Of a stretch of 64,000 bases of DNA, positions 61,763-64,000 are shown piece after piece (positions within the stretch are counted from its first letter, which is position 1; every line of letters starts with the position of its first letter). The stretch covers positions 14,508,001-14,572,000 of the forward strand of contig JBHGNT010000014.1 of NCBI GenBank assembly GCA_043228905.1, read 5' to 3'. Origin of the DNA: Azolla caroliniana. Lineage: Eukaryota; Plantae; Polypodiophyta. The position numbers and the translations under genes are program-made. The notes beneath the pieces are model-generated. The model saw only the letters and a program-made list of their open reading frames with translations, did not search any database and had not been told where the DNA came from.

Positions 61763-63344
61763 TGTCGTGATGTTTCTAACACATAGTGTGAAACCACCCT
61801 CGAAAAGAAGTAAAATAGTAGTTCAAATAAACTAGTATTGTGAAGTCAACTTTATTGGTAGAAAAATATACTTTTTCATTTTCCAAAGATAATTCCTTAT
61901 AAATAAATGGTCAAAGGATTGAACCTTACAATAAATAATGATGAATATTAAGTTAGAGGCGGTTTTCAAAAGTAGAGAAAAAGATGGAGAGAGAAAAAAA
62001 GCACGCGTGGATATGAGGAGCACAGTAGAGAAAAAAGCTCATAATTTCCTCGTCAGATGTCCAAATTAGAAAAGAAAAGATGCCTAATAATATCTTGAAT
62101 GTGAAATTTGGGGCTAGAAAACAGAAATAGTGAGGAAAAGAAAAGTCAACTCATATAGACAAGCTTTTTTTAAGGGGAAAAAGGCAAGCAATCCTAAACC
62201 TATAAATAAGAGCCTATTCTAGTGAAGAAGGGGGGAAGGGAGAAGGAACGCAAAAGCTCTACTCAATTGGAAAGTGGAAGAAGAAGGATCAACAACATTG
62301 AGAGGCATCATCAACAAAGAAACTCCTTCTATACTCCACTCTCTTCTTTCCTCCACCTCTCTTCCCCCATTCATTTATAAACAATCCTTCATATTCGCAT
62401 CCAACCCATTGTAACATGATTCTTATATTATAAAAGAATCTATTATATTGATGTAAACTAATGTTTTCTTTCATCTACTTGTCTTATATGTAAATCTTGA
62501 TTGTGCTTATTTGTTATCGTCATTTGTGCTTATTTGTTTGTGTGTCTTGTGACAAGGGAGTGTTTCGGGCTTGCCCATCCACCTCTCCTTTCACAAAGGC
62601 ATTCAAACTTACGTATCTTGCGTGTTAGTGTAAATCTTGCTTGTGTGTTCATGCGACTTGTGGCAAGGGAGTGTTCGGGCTTGCCCATGCACCTCTCCTT
62701 TCACAAAGGCATTCGAAATCGTGTCTCCCATGTGTAAACCTTGCTTGTGTGTTCGTGCGACTTGTGGCAAGGGAGCGTTTGGGCTTGCCCATGGACCTCT
62801 CCTTTCACAAAGGCATTCGAAATTGTGTCTCCCGTGTGTAAACCTTACTTGTGTGTTCGTACGACTTGTGGCAAGGGAGCGTTCGGGCTTGCCCATGCAC
62901 CTCTCCTTTCACAAAGGCGTTCGAAATTGTTTCACCCGTGTGTAAACCTTGCTTGTGTGTTCCTGCGACTTGTGGGAAGGGAGCGTTCGGGCTTGCCCAT
63001 GCACCTCTCCTTTCAAAAAGGCGTTTGAAATTGTGTCTCTCGTGTATAAACCTTGCTTGTGTGTTCACATGTTTTGTAACAATGGAGTGTTCGGGCTTGC
63101 CCATGCACCTCTCTTTTCACAAAGGCATTCGAAACTCTATCTCTCCTGTGTGTAAGTAAGCATTTTCCTTGTGTGTCCGTGTGTAAGCCTTTCTCACATG
63201 CCTTTCTTCACCTTGTGACTAAGGGTTGATTCAGGCTTGCCCATGCACCTCTCCTTTTCACAAACACGTTCGAATACTCGTGCCTTGTTTGTGTAAGCCT
63301 TCCTTGTGTTGTACGTGTAAGCCCTATTTCCTTCCCGTCTATAA
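61763..63344 (+). mobile_element. Probable Gypsy-type LTR (TGTCGTGA terminus) inserted after GCGT; right end not seen in the window
   Basis: Gypsy integrase sequence stops at gcgt|tgtcgtga; TATA cctataaat at ~62199; interrupted by Copia H. Confidence 0.55.
62530..63310. repeat. ~104-bp tandem repeat, about 7 copies
   Basis: ggcttgcccat recurs at ~62568, 62678, 62782, 62886, 62990, 63094 and 63234. Confidence 0.92.
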
Positions 63345-64000
63345 TGTTCGGAAATCGGTCTCTCCGGATGGGATTCGGTGATGAATAAAGAGGACCCGTG
63401 AGAACCGGAAGAGAAGACATATCTGTAAATATGTTTTGAGTAGGCCTATTGAGGCTATATTTGTAAATAGCCCTAAGTTCATATAAGTATAAATATGACT
63501 TAGGGCCATCACTTTGTATATGTGGTATTATTGTTGTTGTAACTATTGTACAGTGAGAGCGGCAGACAAGGAGAGGGAGAGAGAGATACAGAGTGATACT
63601 CTGTTGTAACCACCGCCTGGCGAAGAAACCGAGCTCGAGGTCGTTGCCTACGAGTCTCTAATTGTACCCCTTCTTTGCATAGTGATAGTTCGGAGTCTGT
63701 GTGCTCCCGTGGTTTTTCCCTATTAGGGTTTTCCACGTAAAAATCTTGTGTTCAATCTTTAGTTCCCATTTCTGTGTTCTCCATTCTCATCGAAGTGTTC
63801 AAGAATCGGTTGTGGCCGAGCAATATTCCACGTTTTTCTCTACAAACTGGTATCAGAGCGAACAACACAAGAGATGGAAGAATCATTGCGGCATGTTCAA
63901 GCTCACCAGCTCCAACTAAATGTGGAAGTCGAAGATGAGGGATATGCTGGTGGTTAAAGATCTTTGGTTGCCGGTTCAGCTCGGGGACAAGATACTGGAT
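63345..64000 (+). mobile_element. Copia H 5' end: LTR 63345-63844, PBS 63848-63860, start of defective gag
   Basis: TG...CA LTR; TGGTATCAGAGCG; gag start is similar to Copia F (GMFKLT...WKSKMRDMLVVKDLWLPVQ). Confidence 0.88.

Noticed and set aside
62530-63310. CRISPR-like periodic repeat (also 59296-59904 and 16675-16960)
   Set aside because: Head-to-tail units without unique spacers, no cas genes, eukaryotic retroelement context.

Overview
Eukaryotic land-plant nuclear DNA. A fern-like genome is inferred from the PLS-PPR relic, the APE-type LINE and the retroelement mix. One intact host gene is present: a 4-exon SLAC1/SLAH S-type anion channel (3478-6779, +, 727 aa when spliced). From ~11.2 kb to the end the window is almost entirely a nested retroelement stack. 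An old Copia (A) is split inside RNase H by a 44-kb Copia (B, 11934-55848). B contains two LINEs, five further Copia elements (one with an intact 1358-aa ORF and near-identical LTRs), six solo LTRs and a PPR retrocopy. Gypsy fragments and tandem arrays follow. Most junctions could be rebuilt from target-site duplications (TSDs). The most unusual signals are: (1) three otherwise diverged Gypsy-type LTRs each carry an antisense tRNA-like Pol III module with identical A-box to B-box spacing; (2) this LTR group has 4-bp CpG-centred TSDs; (3) a 124-bp fold-back mini-element is built from another element's terminus and has its own 5-bp TSD; (4) LINE-type sequences are inserted in the (GA)n tract of both LTRs of one Copia. 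All analysis was by eye; no database searches were run.
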